The notes under the pieces were generated by a model. The model did no database searches. It was given only the letters and a program-made list of their open reading frames with translations, and had not been told where the DNA came from. Positions 13,099-27,028 of a DNA stretch of 64,000 nucleotides are shown one piece after another. Each line of letters opens with the position of its first letter. Position 1 is the first letter of the stretch. The stretch is from Paragordius varius (Eukaryota; Animalia; Nematomorpha). The translations under genes and the position numbers were made by a program. The DNA is taken from contig OZ176056.1 of NCBI GenBank assembly GCA_964247055.1, positions 5,270,001 through 5,334,000 of the forward strand. The letters run 5' to 3'.

Positions 13099-14547
13099 CA
13101 GTGGCGTACCGAGAATTTGCGGCGCCCGGGGCATAAAACTTTTATGGCGCCCCCCCCCCCCCCTCTTTTTTTTAAAAGCCAATAAAACAATTTAGTAAAA
13201 AAAATACAAATGTAACCTAAACACCATAGATAAGACAGCACAGTCATATAAATTTTAAATCTATTAAATATATATATTTATATGATAATAAATTTACTCA
13301 TTTTTAAATACATAAATATTCTAATATATTCTATAAAATGGAAATCTATATATTTATAAAAATGGAAAATGCTGGCTTTGTGATCTGGTACAGGAAAACC
13401 GGTAGACCCAATCAAATCCATACATCGAAAAAATATAATCATTAATGAATGCCCCGACAATAGCTTCGCCCTTTTTTGAAATAGGCCTCCAGTTCGGGCC
13501 CACCCGTGTGAAAAATGGGTTTTTTTGAAAACACAAGTCCACAAAAATCGTGTTTTTAAGACATATTTCCGGAGAACGTGTTGGACCATTCAATTTCAAA
13601 TATGATTAATCCTATCAGGCCATATGAGTTCAATAGCTGCTTAAAATATAACCCGTAAAAAGTCAAAAATTTTACGAGCGGATTTTTTGAATTAGCTGTT
13701 AAATAGGCCCTTTAATCTCTAAAAAACGCGCTATCATTGAACTATTATTTAGTTTTGAAGCCATTCTTCCATAAACTATTAGGAATGTATAATTCCAGGT
13801 AAAAGACAAATTTTTTTATCTAACTGCATTTTTTCCTCTGGGTAGGGGGCTACTCGCCTCCAACTGCGCCATCATATCAATACATCATGCCTTTGGAGCC
13901 AAATTTCAGAAAACATATAAGACTATGTGAATCATTTTAAAACTTCGTGCCGCATAACAAAATTGCTTATAAAATCAAAAATCCCCCCCAGAAATCCGAA
14001 GGACTTCCTCGGGCTGCGTAGCACCACGAGATTTACGCTAATTATATATAAAAATAATGTTTTAGTTGTATATGAATTGATCTTATGATAATGGCGAACA
14101 ATAATGATTTAAAAAATAATTGTAATTCTAAGCGAATTTTACAATACGATTTTAATAGAATTATAATGCAATTTATTTAATAAAATATTAATTATATATA
14201 GATTTTTTCACTTGCAAAAAAAAGTAACTAAGAGAAAAAATATCTTTTATCTAAAATTTCTGGCTTTTGATATTGCAAAATTATCAATTATATTATTAAA
14301 ATCTATCATATTAAATTTTTCGTTTACCACTCTCAACAATGTTAGTTCATTCTCATTTTATGGTACTAATTAGGTGAATAATAGAGTATATATTTTAGGG
14401 ATTATTACCTAAATTGCTGGAAAATCTCATTTGAAAGTTTTTATCATTTTTGCATAATTAAAATTTAATTTAAAAAATCATTTAGGCGCCCCTAAATAAT
14501 GGCGCCCGGGGCATGATGCACCCCCCCCCCCCCTCGGTACGCCCCTG
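13099..14547. mobile_element. Non-autonomous hAT element (1449 bp)
   Basis: TIR CAGTGGCGTACCGAG / CTCGGTACGCCCCTG; perfect 8-bp TSD TATTAAGT at 13091-13098 and 14548-14555; subterminal GGCGCCCGGGGCAT and poly-C at both ends; no ORF. Confidence 0.9.
13345..13930 (+). repeat. Partial copy of the head plus 161-bp-unit element, inside the non-autonomous hAT
   Basis: AAAATGGAAAATGCTGGCTTTGTGATCTG...GGTAGACCCA... matches 4150; ACCCGTAAAAAGTCAAAAATTT. Confidence 0.8.
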
Positions 14548-14790
14548 TATTAAGTTCACTTTTTCGTTAAAATCACATTTAACATAAATATAACAGAAAT
14601 AGTGGTATTTGTATTATATTTATATTTAGCAATGCATACATGTAATGTTGGCTAAATTTTTACCTTGGATTTTCTTCTGAAAATATCAATTATTTTTGAA
14701 TTTTATTACTTTGGTTCAAAATTAACAAGGCAAACTTTTGCCATGGTTTCAATTATTCCATATTTTTTGAAATATTTAATTTTAAACAAG

Positions 14791-14897
14791 CTTGAACTAC
14801 CCCACTTTGAATCGAAGGACGGAAATGAATGTATTTATCCAAGTGTTAATGGTGTTCAATTTACATTATGTTTAATGGCCAAACAAGGCATTAGTGT
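14791..14897 (+). CDS. Candidate orphan exon
   Basis: AAG acceptor, LELPHFESKDGNECIYPSVNGVQFTLCLMAKQGISV, consensus GTGAGT donor at 14898. Confidence 0.25.
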
Positions 14898-17800
14898 GTG
14901 AGTAAAAAACCGATAGAAATTATTTTTTTCTTATTATCTTAAATCATTAAATATTCATATGAACAAAATTGTTTTAAATCATAGCTACTGTACTACCAAT
15001 TGGCAACAATAATGTGAATTGATGATCAACATTAATGAGTATATTAACATTTTATTTGATAAAAAGTATCTTTTCATTACTTTTTGATGAAAAGCCTAAT
15101 AATGTGCATTTTATACTGCGCTTTCATCACCCTAAAGTGATATAAAATAATTTATCATGTGTTAGCGCGCATTTTTTGCGAGGGTAAATGGTAAAAGATG
15201 TAGTGTATTATTACATTTACATTTAAATATTTTATAAATACATTTCAATTTGAATATTTTTCATAACCCGCAATCCATGGTGTTTAAAATTTAGAAATGT
15301 GTTTTTATTGATTTAAATCAATATTAAACGGTAAATTTATATACATAATTTCGGAAAATAGATATTTGAATATAAAAACTTTTGAAAAAAAAATATTTAA
15401 ATTTTTTAACGGATTTAAGGACATATAAGGCCGCGTGTTGGATATCTCTGCCTTATATGCCTGCAGTCAAATTTTAAAAAACGCAAACAAAAAAATATCC
15501 TGATAAAAAATTATATTAAAATGCATTTAAAATTCTTATCAAGCTAGTACCTTATGATTATACACTCTGCGTGAAAAAGTGGGTATTTTTTTAAATTATT
15601 TGTTTTTTGTGAAATAGCCTATGACCAGCGTTGCCGCTAAAATTTTAATTTATTGCTAGTTTTTGAAATATTAATTGAAAATCAAAATCGGGCATAAGGT
15701 ATTGATTGTGGATAAATTAGGATAATTTAAAAAATAATGATAAAACTTGAGATATTTTAGATTATTATCATTTGAGATATTTTTAAAATATAAATAGTCC
15801 AAAATCATATAAGGAAAAATCTCTGTAAAGATGGCGTTTTTCTTTTAAAATACTAAAAAAATTTTACTATATAAAAATAATTCTTTTAATTATTTATTTG
15901 ACTCACTATCAAAGTCTTAACTTTCATATTTTATTTAGTAAAAAAATATATAAAAAAACTAAAAAATAGTATTTTTTCATTTTTTTGTCATCTGCTTTAT
16001 GAGTGTGTACAAATCTATACTGTTTTATTCAGGTATCTTACATGAGTAGGAATTATAAAGTAAATTATTTATGCAAAATAGAATTTTTAAGTAGTGGATC
16101 AACTAACAATCCTTACGAATCCCTCTAACAAGTTTGTTTTAACACAAATCAATATTTTTACTGGGATTCGAACGAAATTTCGGTTAATATTCCACTATTT
16201 GTAAATCTTATTTTGTATTAATTTATATACTTTATATTTTACAGCTCATGTAAGAATCCGAAATAAAATAGTAAATTTTTAACAGTCATAAACCAGATGA
16301 CAAAAATGAAAAAATAAAAAACAATATTTTTTAGTCTTATTTTTGATATATAATTTTTTTATTGAATTAAATATGAATGTTAAATAGTAAGTTTAGATAG
16401 TAACATTATTTTAAAATAATTTCAAAAAAAAATTTTTTTTAGTATGTTTAAAAGTGAAACCCTATCTTTTAAGCTGAGATTTAAAACCCCAAATATATGA
16501 TTTTAGGCTATTTATAAACTAAATATATCTCCTATAATGATATTTAACTATAATATGTCCACTTTTATCATTAATTTTGTATTATACCTAATTTTCACAT
16601 TTGTCCGATTTTAATTTTGTCTCAATATTTCATAAACTAGGTCGTAAACAAATGACAAATTTTATGGCAAATGATATCGCTGGTATAAAAATTATTTTGT
16701 TAAATATTTTTTTTGGACGCAGTGATTTAATTTTGTGGTAGTTGCTATATCAGAAAACGGCAATATTTGCCCATATTTTTCTTAATTTTTTTTGGTGAAA
16801 GGTAAAGGCTTCATTTCAAAAAATATCATTAATATAAATTTTTTTGCGCCTGACGCTGCTTTTCTTACTAGGATTTGACAATGAAGGGGTTTTAGGCAGC
16901 TGACCATCTATTCTTGGAATTATTGGATTACCTATTATAGTTTTTTTCAACTATATACTAAATCTTTGATTGGAATTTAAAGTTCCAAACAAAATTTACA
17001 GACAAATAGATAAAGCTTAAGAAACATTTGCTAAATTATTATAAAAGATTGGATAAAATTTTAGCGATTGATATACGTTAATTTAAAGCAAGGGTGTACA
17101 ACACGCTTTTTGGGACGCAAAAAGCTATAAAAATATTCAAATAAAAAATTAGATTTTAATCAAAAATTTATGATTTTTTAGAATTTATCATCCAAAATTG
17201 GGTTAAATAAATAACACAATAATTTAAAAGAGGCCGTTAACATATTTTTGGCCTGATTTAAAGTAAAAAGGGAAGATATTCATTTCGTATTTTTATTTTG
17301 ATTTATTGGTATAAGGTTGAATTAATTATTGTCAATTCGGTGTTAAAAAACTTAAAAAAAGACTGTCTTAGATTGTGCCAAAATTAATGTATTATTGCAA
17401 AATATTATGTTATATGTGGAAAATTTTAAAAGGTTCTAAGTAATACTCTATATTAATTAAAAGTCGTTATTTAAAAGTTGAAGATTCTAGAAGAGTATTA
17501 AAATATGTGGTTGAGAAATGCTAGGTGCGATTAAAATAGTGACTCTTGTAAAGTTCTTGAGCAGCATACCAATCGTGTGAGGATTTCAATAAATTTGATA
17601 TCTTAAACATCATAAATTTTTTTTGTATTATATATATAATATATAAATATATCATTTCCCAGTGCAATTCAACTGAAACGTTTTATTTATCGAATCGTTC
17701 AAATCAATCATTACATATTTCAATCAATAAAAACGCTTTTATATTGATAAAAATAATTCCCAAACAAAATATTTACTAATATCTATTATTTCCATGTAAT

Positions 17801-17989
17801 ATATGTTTTTTAATCCAGAGGGAAAGGTACGGTACACCTACCCTACTCCTATCTACCCTTTTTACCAAAAACATTGATTTTATACCTTCTCCGAACATTG
17901 TTGACATATTTATATTCCTTACATAAACATATTTCTCATCACATTCTCCATTCTAGCACATATTGGAGATGTTGAATTTGTGGAATCTC

Positions 17990-18890
17990 AGCATCCGTAT
18001 CGGAACGTGGAATTTACGGGCTCACAACAATAATAAATTAGATTTAGAAGAAAATAAATTACCAGGCATAAAATTGACATACTAGGAAAAGAATCACATA
18101 TTTCATCTGCCGGAACTTTAGAATTCGACAATCATATAATGTATTACTCTAGTCACAACTAGTTGAAATACAACGGTGTCGGTATATAATGAATAAAAAG
18201 CTAGCTAATTTATCTGACATTTTCAATCCAACAATAAACGTATAATTGCAATCCGCACAAACAACCCTCAACTTATTACAATCTTTCAAATTTACGGCCC
18301 TCCTCTTGCAGCGATGACGACTGTGAAAAATATTTGAGTGATCTCGATTTGGCGAATTCCCAAATATCAAAAAGGTATATCATATTTATCTTATGAGATT
18401 TCAATTCTATCATAGGAAAGAAACAAAACATTTCCTATGATGGATGGTATCTTGGGCATTACGAGTGAGGAGATAGATTAATCGAATTCTGTGCTAACCA
18501 TCGTTTCTTCGTCTCAAACACCTTATTAACCAACATAAACGACGTCTTCACACATGGCGTTCCCCGTGTCAAAGATACCGTAACCAAATTCTTTATATTA
18601 GGTATGGTTATATACAATAGTTTATTTCATATTCTTAAATGCCTGCCGGGATTGGATTGCTACAGCGACCACAACCTATTCATCGCCAAACTCTGCATTA
18701 AATTACAACTACCCAAAATATCCGAACTCACCAGAACAAGATTGGATTATCATACAATCGGAACAAGTTTAGCACCGCTTTATCAAATCGTTTCGAGTGT
18801 GTTAATCATAATTTCGAAAACTGTCACAATTTAAATTTTTTCTGGAACGCTATAGACACAATTTGCAGAGATACAGGCGACAAGTGGCTT
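17990..18890 (+). mobile_element. RTE-like LINE 5' fragment (APE endonuclease), decayed
   Basis: IRIGTWNLR, YSSHN...GVGI, RLHTWRSP, GLDCYSDHNLFIAKL. Confidence 0.75.
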
Positions 18891-18899
18891 TAAGAGCCT

Positions 18900-19400
18900 A
18901 ATTAAGGGGTTCTATAAAACCGCTACTTAAATTTTTCCATTTTTACGGGTAATATTTCAAGCCTATGGCTGATAGGCATTTTGAAACTTAGCCCCAAAGG
19001 CACGCTATTTCGATATGATGGGACAGACTTTAGCGGGTATTTCCTTACCTGGCAGCCAATCTGGACTTAGTTTTTTTGAAAAAATGGCATTTTACCGTGA
19101 AATTATAATTGTAATCCTTTTTAAAAATGTTAGTGGAAAATCTATAAATTAAAAATGGAAAATGCTGACTTTGTGATCTGTTTCCGGAAAACTGGTAGAC
19201 CCATTCAAATCCAAATGTCGAAAAATATAATCATTAATGAATTCCCCGACAATAGCCTCGCCCCTTTTTTGAATTAGGCCCTTCGGGCCCACCCCTGTTT
19301 AAAAAACGGGTTTTTTTGAAAACATAAGTCCACAAAAATCATGTCTTGAGACAATATACCGGAAAACCTATTGGACCATTCGATTTTATATATGATTTTT
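18900..19400. repeat. Partial copy: inverted 161-bp-unit sequence followed by the head in + orientation
   Basis: TTTTTACGGGTAA (reverse complement of the unit motif) near 18940; head at 19145-19390. Confidence 0.75.
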
Positions 19401-19579
19401 TTAGATATTTTCAATTACGCTGGACATAGTCGGCTCGCTTTTAATCTAGGCCCTCTTTTTATACAATATAAGACGAATTGTATCGACTCCCATTTATAAC
19501 ATTTATTGTCAAAATTATCAATATCATGTTCAATTATGCTTCTAATATTATGCAAACGTTAACATTTAACACCAAAGTA

Positions 19580-19865
19580 AAATTTAAAATTAAAGACAAA
19601 ACAGAACATTAAAAGAAATAAATTGCTAATAACTTGTTTAAAATAAATGAATTTATTAAACCATTAAAAATTTCGGATCTTACTGATCCTTTATTAATTA
19701 TATAGAAATATTAAAAATAAAATAAAACAAAATAAACGATAATTTTTATTTTTATTATTTGTATAATTTAAGTATCAGTAAGATCCGAAATACTTTATTT
19801 TAATAAATTTATTTATTTTACACAATTAGCAATTTATGTATAAATTAAAACTCGTCCTTAAAATC
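19580..19865. repeat. Imperfect palindrome (~280 bp), probable MITE
   Basis: Perfect 18-bp IR ATTTCGGATCTTACTGAT / ATCAGTAAGATCCGAAAT; outer arms ATAAATTGCTAAT / ATTAGCAATTTAT. Confidence 0.7.
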
Positions 19866-20619
19866 TTAATTAAAAGAAAAATTTTTTGAACAAGACGGTT
19901 ATCCATAATTAAAAATATCGTTTTGGGTTTTAAAATTAGAGATATATGGAAATTTGGGACACACCCAACTTTTTTTAAATATTAAACTTGTAGGTTTAAG
20001 AGGATATGACACACAATTTACATGCTTATATGGTAAACACTCAGAGAGATCATTATAATTTATGTTTTTCTATTTATGCATTTAGCTTTCACGTTTCATC
20101 TTCATAATTTTAGTTGTAAAGAATGCATAGGCTGAATAATAATTTATGTGCCAAAAGTTTTACATAATTTTTCACATGCGGTCCTGTAATCCTATAAATT
20201 TCTCCATAAGTTTTAAAAGTAGGAATTCAGGATAAATATAAAACCTGTTTATTGTAGCCCGACTGATATACTCCTTATGTAGAGTCTTAAAAGATATATT
20301 CATTATATTTTTATGTAGCATTTTTTTATTTCATTCAAAAAATATGCGCCAAATTACCTTTATAATATTTTTCTTATACTTTTTCTATTTATCGTTTTAA
20401 TTTAAGTATATTACATATTCCGAATCATAATTCTTCATCCTCAGTTGTAAAGATGCGTATTTATATTATTTTTTCATATTTATTTATTATATTTATTTAT
20501 CTATTTTTTTGGTAAAATTTTTTGGTTTCATTTTTTTTGGTTACATTTACCATATATAGTGTTTATTTTCATCATTATTATTCTTATTTATTGTATTTTT
20601 GTTTATTATGAATGTTTTT

Positions 20620-23600
20620 TGTAAGGCGTGCAGGCCAGACCTGGCCAGTCGCTGCACGGAGGTAGGGGCCATTAGGGATAAGGAATGTTGTAGAATGTGT
20701 TTTGCCAGTATAAATGTGGGTACGTTAAGAAATAAGTTATATGATTTAGATAAAACTATGAGAGTAAAGGTAAATTTTCTGTCCATCCATGGAACCAGAT
20801 ACCGTAGAAATGGCACTTAGACGTTAGAGGGCAGTTATAAAATGTTTTATTCAGGTTCTACGGATGGTTACAGTGGGGTCGCCATAATAGTGCGTCCAAG
20901 ATTGCCAATCAAGTGATTGAGGTAAACGTGCTGACAGTAGAATGAGTGTCGACCAATTGTTAAATAAGAGGGTTTTTACCCTTTTTAGCGTTTATGACCC
21001 CCAGATAGGGTTAACCAAACCGGAAAAATAAATTTTATGATTTGTTGGACGCAGAAATGACTTCATTAACCAAAGACAGAGAAATCATATTTTGTGGTGA
21101 TTTCAATGGCGTGGGACAAGATAGAAGAGGTTTTGAGCCTTGGCATGGCGGAAAAGGCTATGGGGTTATAAATGAATAAGTTGCTAGTTTATTAAGATTT
21201 GCTCAATCTTATAACTTTGATATAATAGCTTTTTTACTAAAAGGGATAGCCATTTAATTACTTACGAAAGTGGAAATAAGAAGTTACAAATTGATTATAT
21301 TCTGGTGCCGCGAAAGTCTTTAAAGTTTTGTTGACTGCAAAGTCATACCTAACCTGCAGATTAGTACACAACATAATTTAATTATGTGTAAATATATGAC
21401 AGATATACCAATAAATGCTAAAAATCTTAAGCTTATAGCGCCGAAGGTAATTAAATGAGATTCCTTAAGAAATTGTAAAGAAAGATTTGTAGAAACGGTA
21501 AGCATACTAGAGAGGAACAGCGATCCAGAAAGTGTTTGGTCTCAGGTGGTAAAATAGAGAGGCGAGAGTTAATGTGTACGGAATAATAGGTGGCAGAAAT
21601 CGGCTTTATAGAGAGTCATGGCTGAAAGACGAAAAAATAATTCTAAAATCGCGAGAAAAAATTAAAGCTTTTAAAATGTGGAGGTTTAACCACCATGCAG
21701 TAGACAAGGAAAAATATAAAAGGATTAATAAGGAACTTAAAAGGCTGTTTAAAAAAGAAAAGACGGCATCATTTTATGAGAGTAAGCAAGGTCTAAACAA
21801 AGTTTTTATAATTGTTCGACAAAGACACAGAAGAAAACTGGACTTGCCCACTTACGCGACAGCTATTAAAGGTAAAAACGGCAAATTACTCGTCGAGGAA
21901 GCGAAAATATTGAAGAGGTGGAAAGAATATTTCCAGGACCTGCGTCAGTGAAACAAATTTACCCGAACCACCAGATTATATATCTGCGCATATTGAAAGT
22001 ATAACAAAAGTCCAGGTTGGTTTAGAAGAGATGTCTATAAATAAGGCTGCAGGTCCAGACGTATTAACATAAACTGTTGGAAAATAATGTCAGAGAAAGT
22101 TATTGAATTACTACAGGTATGATACCAACCGAATGGAAGGAGAATTTCACTTTCCCATTTTCAAGGGTAAAGGAGATATTAATGTTTGTAATAATTACAG
22201 AGGGATAAGATTAATGTCGTCTACAATGAAGTTATTTGAGAAAGTACTAGAGAAACGAATGAGAAAAATGGTTAGTATAGAGCAGGGGTGTCCAACACAA
22301 ATGTTTTGAAGAGCCACCTTTTCGACCTCAAAATCCCAAAGAGCCACTTTTTATTTATATATAACAAGACATTAGTAACAAATAAATTTATATTAACATA
22401 TAGATGTGCTAATTATCATATCTAAAAGAAAATAAACAGAATATGTAATAATTAAATTATATCAATGTGTAGAAAAAAGATAAGAATACATGGATATGGT
22501 AAACTTATTGCAATTCGATCGTATGACTAGAGTAGACTGTGGCGAATTTACTCGCCCAAAATGTAACCTTATTTATTCAGACAGGGAGTTTATCATGAGG
22601 TGCGTACATGAAATTATAAAATGTGTTTTAAGTATTTCGCGCGATACAAGATCACGATGAATCAAGCAATGGACCTGGCTTACAAGAAAGTACATAAAAG
22701 CACATATAGCATCCTTAATTGATAGTCTCTACAAAAAAAATGTTACCTTCTTAAAGGGAGATGATAATCATGTAATTGAAAATGTATTGTAAATATGAGC
22801 GTGTCTTGTTTGATGACGATTGGTGCCCATACACGATGGGAAAAAACAATAAGATGGAAACCAATGCCATAAATATGATTAAATATATATAATGCATTGA
22901 CACCGTGAAAATCTCTGTGCACATGATTGTTGCCGAGGAAAATGTCTAATAAAGTTTTTATATCAAATAAAAATAAAAGAAATAAATATTTTTCATTGCA
23001 TAATTAAATTTTTAATGGGATATTTGTTTTGTAATTTTTTTGCTTAATTTATTCAGATCTATATCAATATTTGATACAACACATCTCAATTCATTCTCCA
23101 AGTTTTCAACAGTAAATAAAGAACGTGAAAGAGATTTTGTATATTTCATTTTAGAAAAAAAACTTTCACAAAGATAAGTGGACCCAAAAGCACAAATTAA
23201 TCTTTGTACAAAAATTCTTAAATTAGGAAATTTATCAAACGTTATATATTTTTTATAAAATTCAATTTTATTTGTTTGCCCAAATAATAATTTTAATTTA
23301 TTATTGGATTGCAAATCTAGTAATTCCATTTGTAAATTAATAGGAGCGTTGATAGCTTCAACGTAGAATGGACAACAAAATGAATCAAATATTTTTTCAT
23401 ATTTTGTCATATCCCCGTATCGATTATTAATAGCTTTTGATAATATGTTAATTTGATCTGCATATTTTGAAAAATTACTTTTACCAGCTTTAAATCAATT
23501 CAAATCTGGAAAATGTTCAGCATTATTTTTTTAAATGGCATTCAAATAACATCAATTTTTACAAAACGCTTTAATATGGTTATTCGCATCAACAATTAAA

Positions 23601-23958
23601 TTATCTTGTTTGCAAGGATTCATTTAATTGATTTAGTTTTTCGGTAATATCTATGGAAAAGCATAAATCTGACAACTTCATTTGTTAATTCCTCCACCAA
23701 ATAATTTGCAATAGGAAAATTATTTCTTCTAATAAATAATAAAACCTTTTTATACACATCCCTCGATAAGCCACCTTACATTTGAAAAAAAATATAAGAT
23801 CTCCATATTCTGAATGAATTTCTATTAATAACTCATTAAACCGCCTATGCTTCAAAGCATGAGATTTTATAAAATTATCTACTTTAATAACAACGGTCAT
23901 AACATTGTCCATTGTCAGAGCATGTTCGCAGAGATTTTCACGGTGAATCATGCAATGC

Positions 23959-23993
<35 letters not shown>

Positions 23994-25975
23994 TCAATAT
24001 TAATACCATCGGATTCCATCTTATTTAACAATAATTTCACAGTTCCCTTGTTTTTTCCCATCATAGCTGGGACACCATCTGTTGTCAAACAAAATAGCAC
24101 CCCCATATTTAATTTATTGTCCTCAATACATTTTAAAATTGCATGAAACATATCATCTCCCTTAGTTGTATTTTTCATCGGAAGTAAGCCAAACATATCT
24201 TCTGTTATATTTAAAAATTCATTTATTTCTCGAATAACTGTCATATGTTGCTTATATCTGTGCTTTCATCAAATGATTGGGAAAACGCCACAAAATTTTG
24301 AATTCTTTTTATTAGGGAAAGTTGAATTTCTTCTGAGATATCTGTAATTCGTCGACACATTGTATTGCGCGAAAGACTTATACTGGATATAAATTCATCT
24401 TTATTAGGCAAAACACATTTTATAATTTCCAGTACGCATTGCTTTACAAATTCACCATCAGAATAAGGCTTTTTTTTGGCGAGTAAATTGGCAACAATAT
24501 AACTTGCCTTTACTATCAGATAAGGTTGCGTGAATGAAATTGTTGATTGGAGATTATTAATATTTTTAAAAGATTATAATTTTATTATTTTCATTTCTCT
24601 CGTAATATTAATAAAATCCAAATGCATGGTATTGGCATGTCTTTTTAAATTATATTTTGTCGTAAATTGCAAATAAGGGACTCCGCTTTGTTGAAAATTT
24701 GAGTAAACTTATATCCTAATTTAAAGTCGGGATTGTATTTTCTAGTTACTTTTTTAGATTTATGCATATTGAAAGCTAAATAAAAAATTTTAAATGCCTA
24801 TTTTTTGCAAGTAATTATGTTTCAATGGCAAAATATAATACCCATATGGGTAAAGCTAAAAAAATTATTTTAAATACCTATTTTTTGCAAGTATTTCAAT
24901 GTTTCAATGGACCTAAATTATAATTCCTAGTATTGGTAAAGCTAAATAAATTATTACCTATTTGCAAGTAATTTAATGTGAAAGTTATCATCTTGAAGTT
25001 GGAAATAATATGCAGGAAAAAATGTGTTTTATAAATGATTAAATGAATGCGATGATAGATATTTATAATAAAGAATTTAATTAAATGTTTCTATAAATAA
25101 TTTATATGTCCAAATAAAAATGCATAATTTACATTTAAAATTTTTTTTTAAAAAATAGAAATTATTTTTTATAAAAAAATTCAAAGAGCCACTCAAAATT
25201 TTCAATGAGCCACTAGTGGCTCGCGAGTACCCTGTTGGACACCCCTGGTATAGAGGAAAATCAATTTGGTTTTATTCCAGGAAAGTCAACAATAGACAGA
25301 CCCTATACACAAGGTTAGGAGGTTGAAAAACACATTGAAAAAAAAGAATGAATTACACTGGGTTTTAATTGACATAGAGAAGAGTTTGATAGGATTCCCA
25401 GAGAAACTATTTGGTAGAGCCTCCATCGTAAAAAGGTGCCAGAAAGTTATATTAATTCGTACATATATGTACGAATCTCACACCTCCAGGATTAAAACTC
25501 CACAAGGTTTATCAGAGCCCTTTTCAAAGAAGCATGGAGTCTACCAAGGCTCATCACTCAGCCTGTTTTAAATATGTATGGATGAGATACCCAAGGTCGT
25601 TAATGTAAGGTCAGGTTGGTACTTAATGCATGCTGATGACATGATCATCTTGTCTGATTCATTGGCTGAGTTAAAGCGAACGGTAAACAGATGGGCTATA
25701 CTGAATCAATATGGTCTGAAAGTAAACAAAGCAAATAATGAATTTATTACTTTTGGGGGTCCACAACATGAAATGGAAGTTGATGATAGTAGGGTTCTAA
25801 AGGGTAAAGAAAGGTGCAAATATTTGGGGGCATTGTTAAGTTCAGATGGATCGTTGACCGATGATATTAATTTAGAAATAAAGAGCAGTTGGGTAAATTG
25901 GAAGAAAATTTCAAGCGTGTTATATGATCGAAATATTGTTAGAGTGAAAGGTAAAATATACAATTCAGTTGTTTA
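20620..25975 (+). mobile_element. RTE-clade LINE, decayed, interrupted by a hAT element
   Basis: SINVGTLRNKL (APE N-terminus), NNYRGIRLMSSTMKLFEKVLEKRMRKMVSIE | ENQFGFIPGKSTID rejoined across the hAT insertion, GVYQGSSLSLF, LMHADDMII, KYLGALL. Confidence 0.9.
22283..25247 (-). mobile_element. hAT DNA transposon, Buster/SPIN (GTF2IRD2-like transposase), 2965 bp, defective
   Basis: 14-bp TIR CAGGGGTGTCCAAC; perfect 8-bp TSD GTATAGAG (nnnTAnnn) at 22275-22282 and 25248-25255; transposase fragments TTDGVPAMMG, HCMIHRENLC, FGSTYLCESFFSKMKY. Confidence 0.95.
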
Positions 25976-26099
25976 ACCACATCCATATGTCATAATTGGG
26001 ATAATTAATTCATTATTCAAACGTATTTTGGTGTAGTATTGATATTTTGAATCATAATTTATACTATAAAATTGCCTATATCCTAAAATAAGTCAAAAT

Positions 26100-26230
26100 A
26101 CCTAAGCTATACAAAAGCTATCGTATTTTGGGCACGTCTATCGCGGTAATTTCCTAAAGAACTGAGGCTCGGTAAAGTTAACGGATGTGGGAGAGAGGCC
26201 GAAGAGGTCTCTCTCGCGTCTAATAACACT
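26100..26230 (+). mobile_element. RTE LINE C-terminal fragment
   Basis: KLSYFGHVYRG...GERPKR resembles the L.(W/Y)FGHV.R...GRP end of RTE ORF2. Confidence 0.55.
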
Positions 26231-26239
26231 TAGATCTTT

Positions 26240-26880
26240 CTAACTCACCATCTTTTCCTAATAAATTTGAACAAAATTTCGCTAAAATTAAAGCAAGGGG
26301 TTAAATTAAATTGCAAACCAAGTTTTTTTTACTTTAGTTTAATATATTACCGGGTAAAATCGATACTTTTGGATTATCAAAAAAATTGTCCAGCGCACTA
26401 TATTGGCCAATCTAAACGCCCGTTAAGTATTAGAGAAAAAGAGCACAATAGAAAAGGTTCGGCCGTCTATCACCATTGCTTGAATACAGGCCACACCTTC
26501 GCCCCATCCATGCAGCACAAGCCGACAAATTATCCGACAGGTTGATTTTGGAGGCTTGTTTCATTCTTTCAAATAGTATACACCTTATCAACAGAAGAGA
26601 ATCGAGAAAAGAAATTAACAAAGTCACTAAAGACTTCTTAAAAGGAACAGATTATTTTAAAATATTTACCATTCCAAGAAAATAACATTAATACATGGAC
26701 ATCACACTTTGCATTTTTTTGTTATCATTATTTATGATGATATTTTTTTTTCAAATTTTGTTTAAATTATACCTTATTATTATTTTCTTTTGTTTTAGTT
26801 AATCCATTGAAAACGATATACCATGTATCGAAAATTTTTGATATAGTTTAATTTAATAAATTTTACGTGAATTCAAATTA
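26240..26880 (+). mobile_element. Penelope-like retroelement 3' remnant with GIY-YIG endonuclease
   Basis: CPAHYIGQSKRPLSIREKEH...SAVYHHCLNTGHTF...RLILEACFI...INRRE over two frames; AATAAA near 26845. Confidence 0.8.
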
Positions 26881-27028
26881 TTATTTTAATAATAAATCTA
26901 ACATTGGTCCGTTTTGACAAAACAGCTAATGTTATGGATAAAAGAATTAGACCTTATCCCCAAAAATTATTGACATAATAGGCTTTTTTCTAACTAAAAC
27001 CATGAAATATTGGTACAACACTCTAAAA

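Noticed and set aside
16140-16215. tRNA or SINE (B-box GTTCGAATCCC on the minus strand)
   Set aside because: No A-box or cloverleaf, and not conserved in the duplicate at 170-720
16870-16900. Neprilysin-like GFDNEG motif
   Set aside because: No HExxH upstream and the downstream sequence does not fit M13 peptidases
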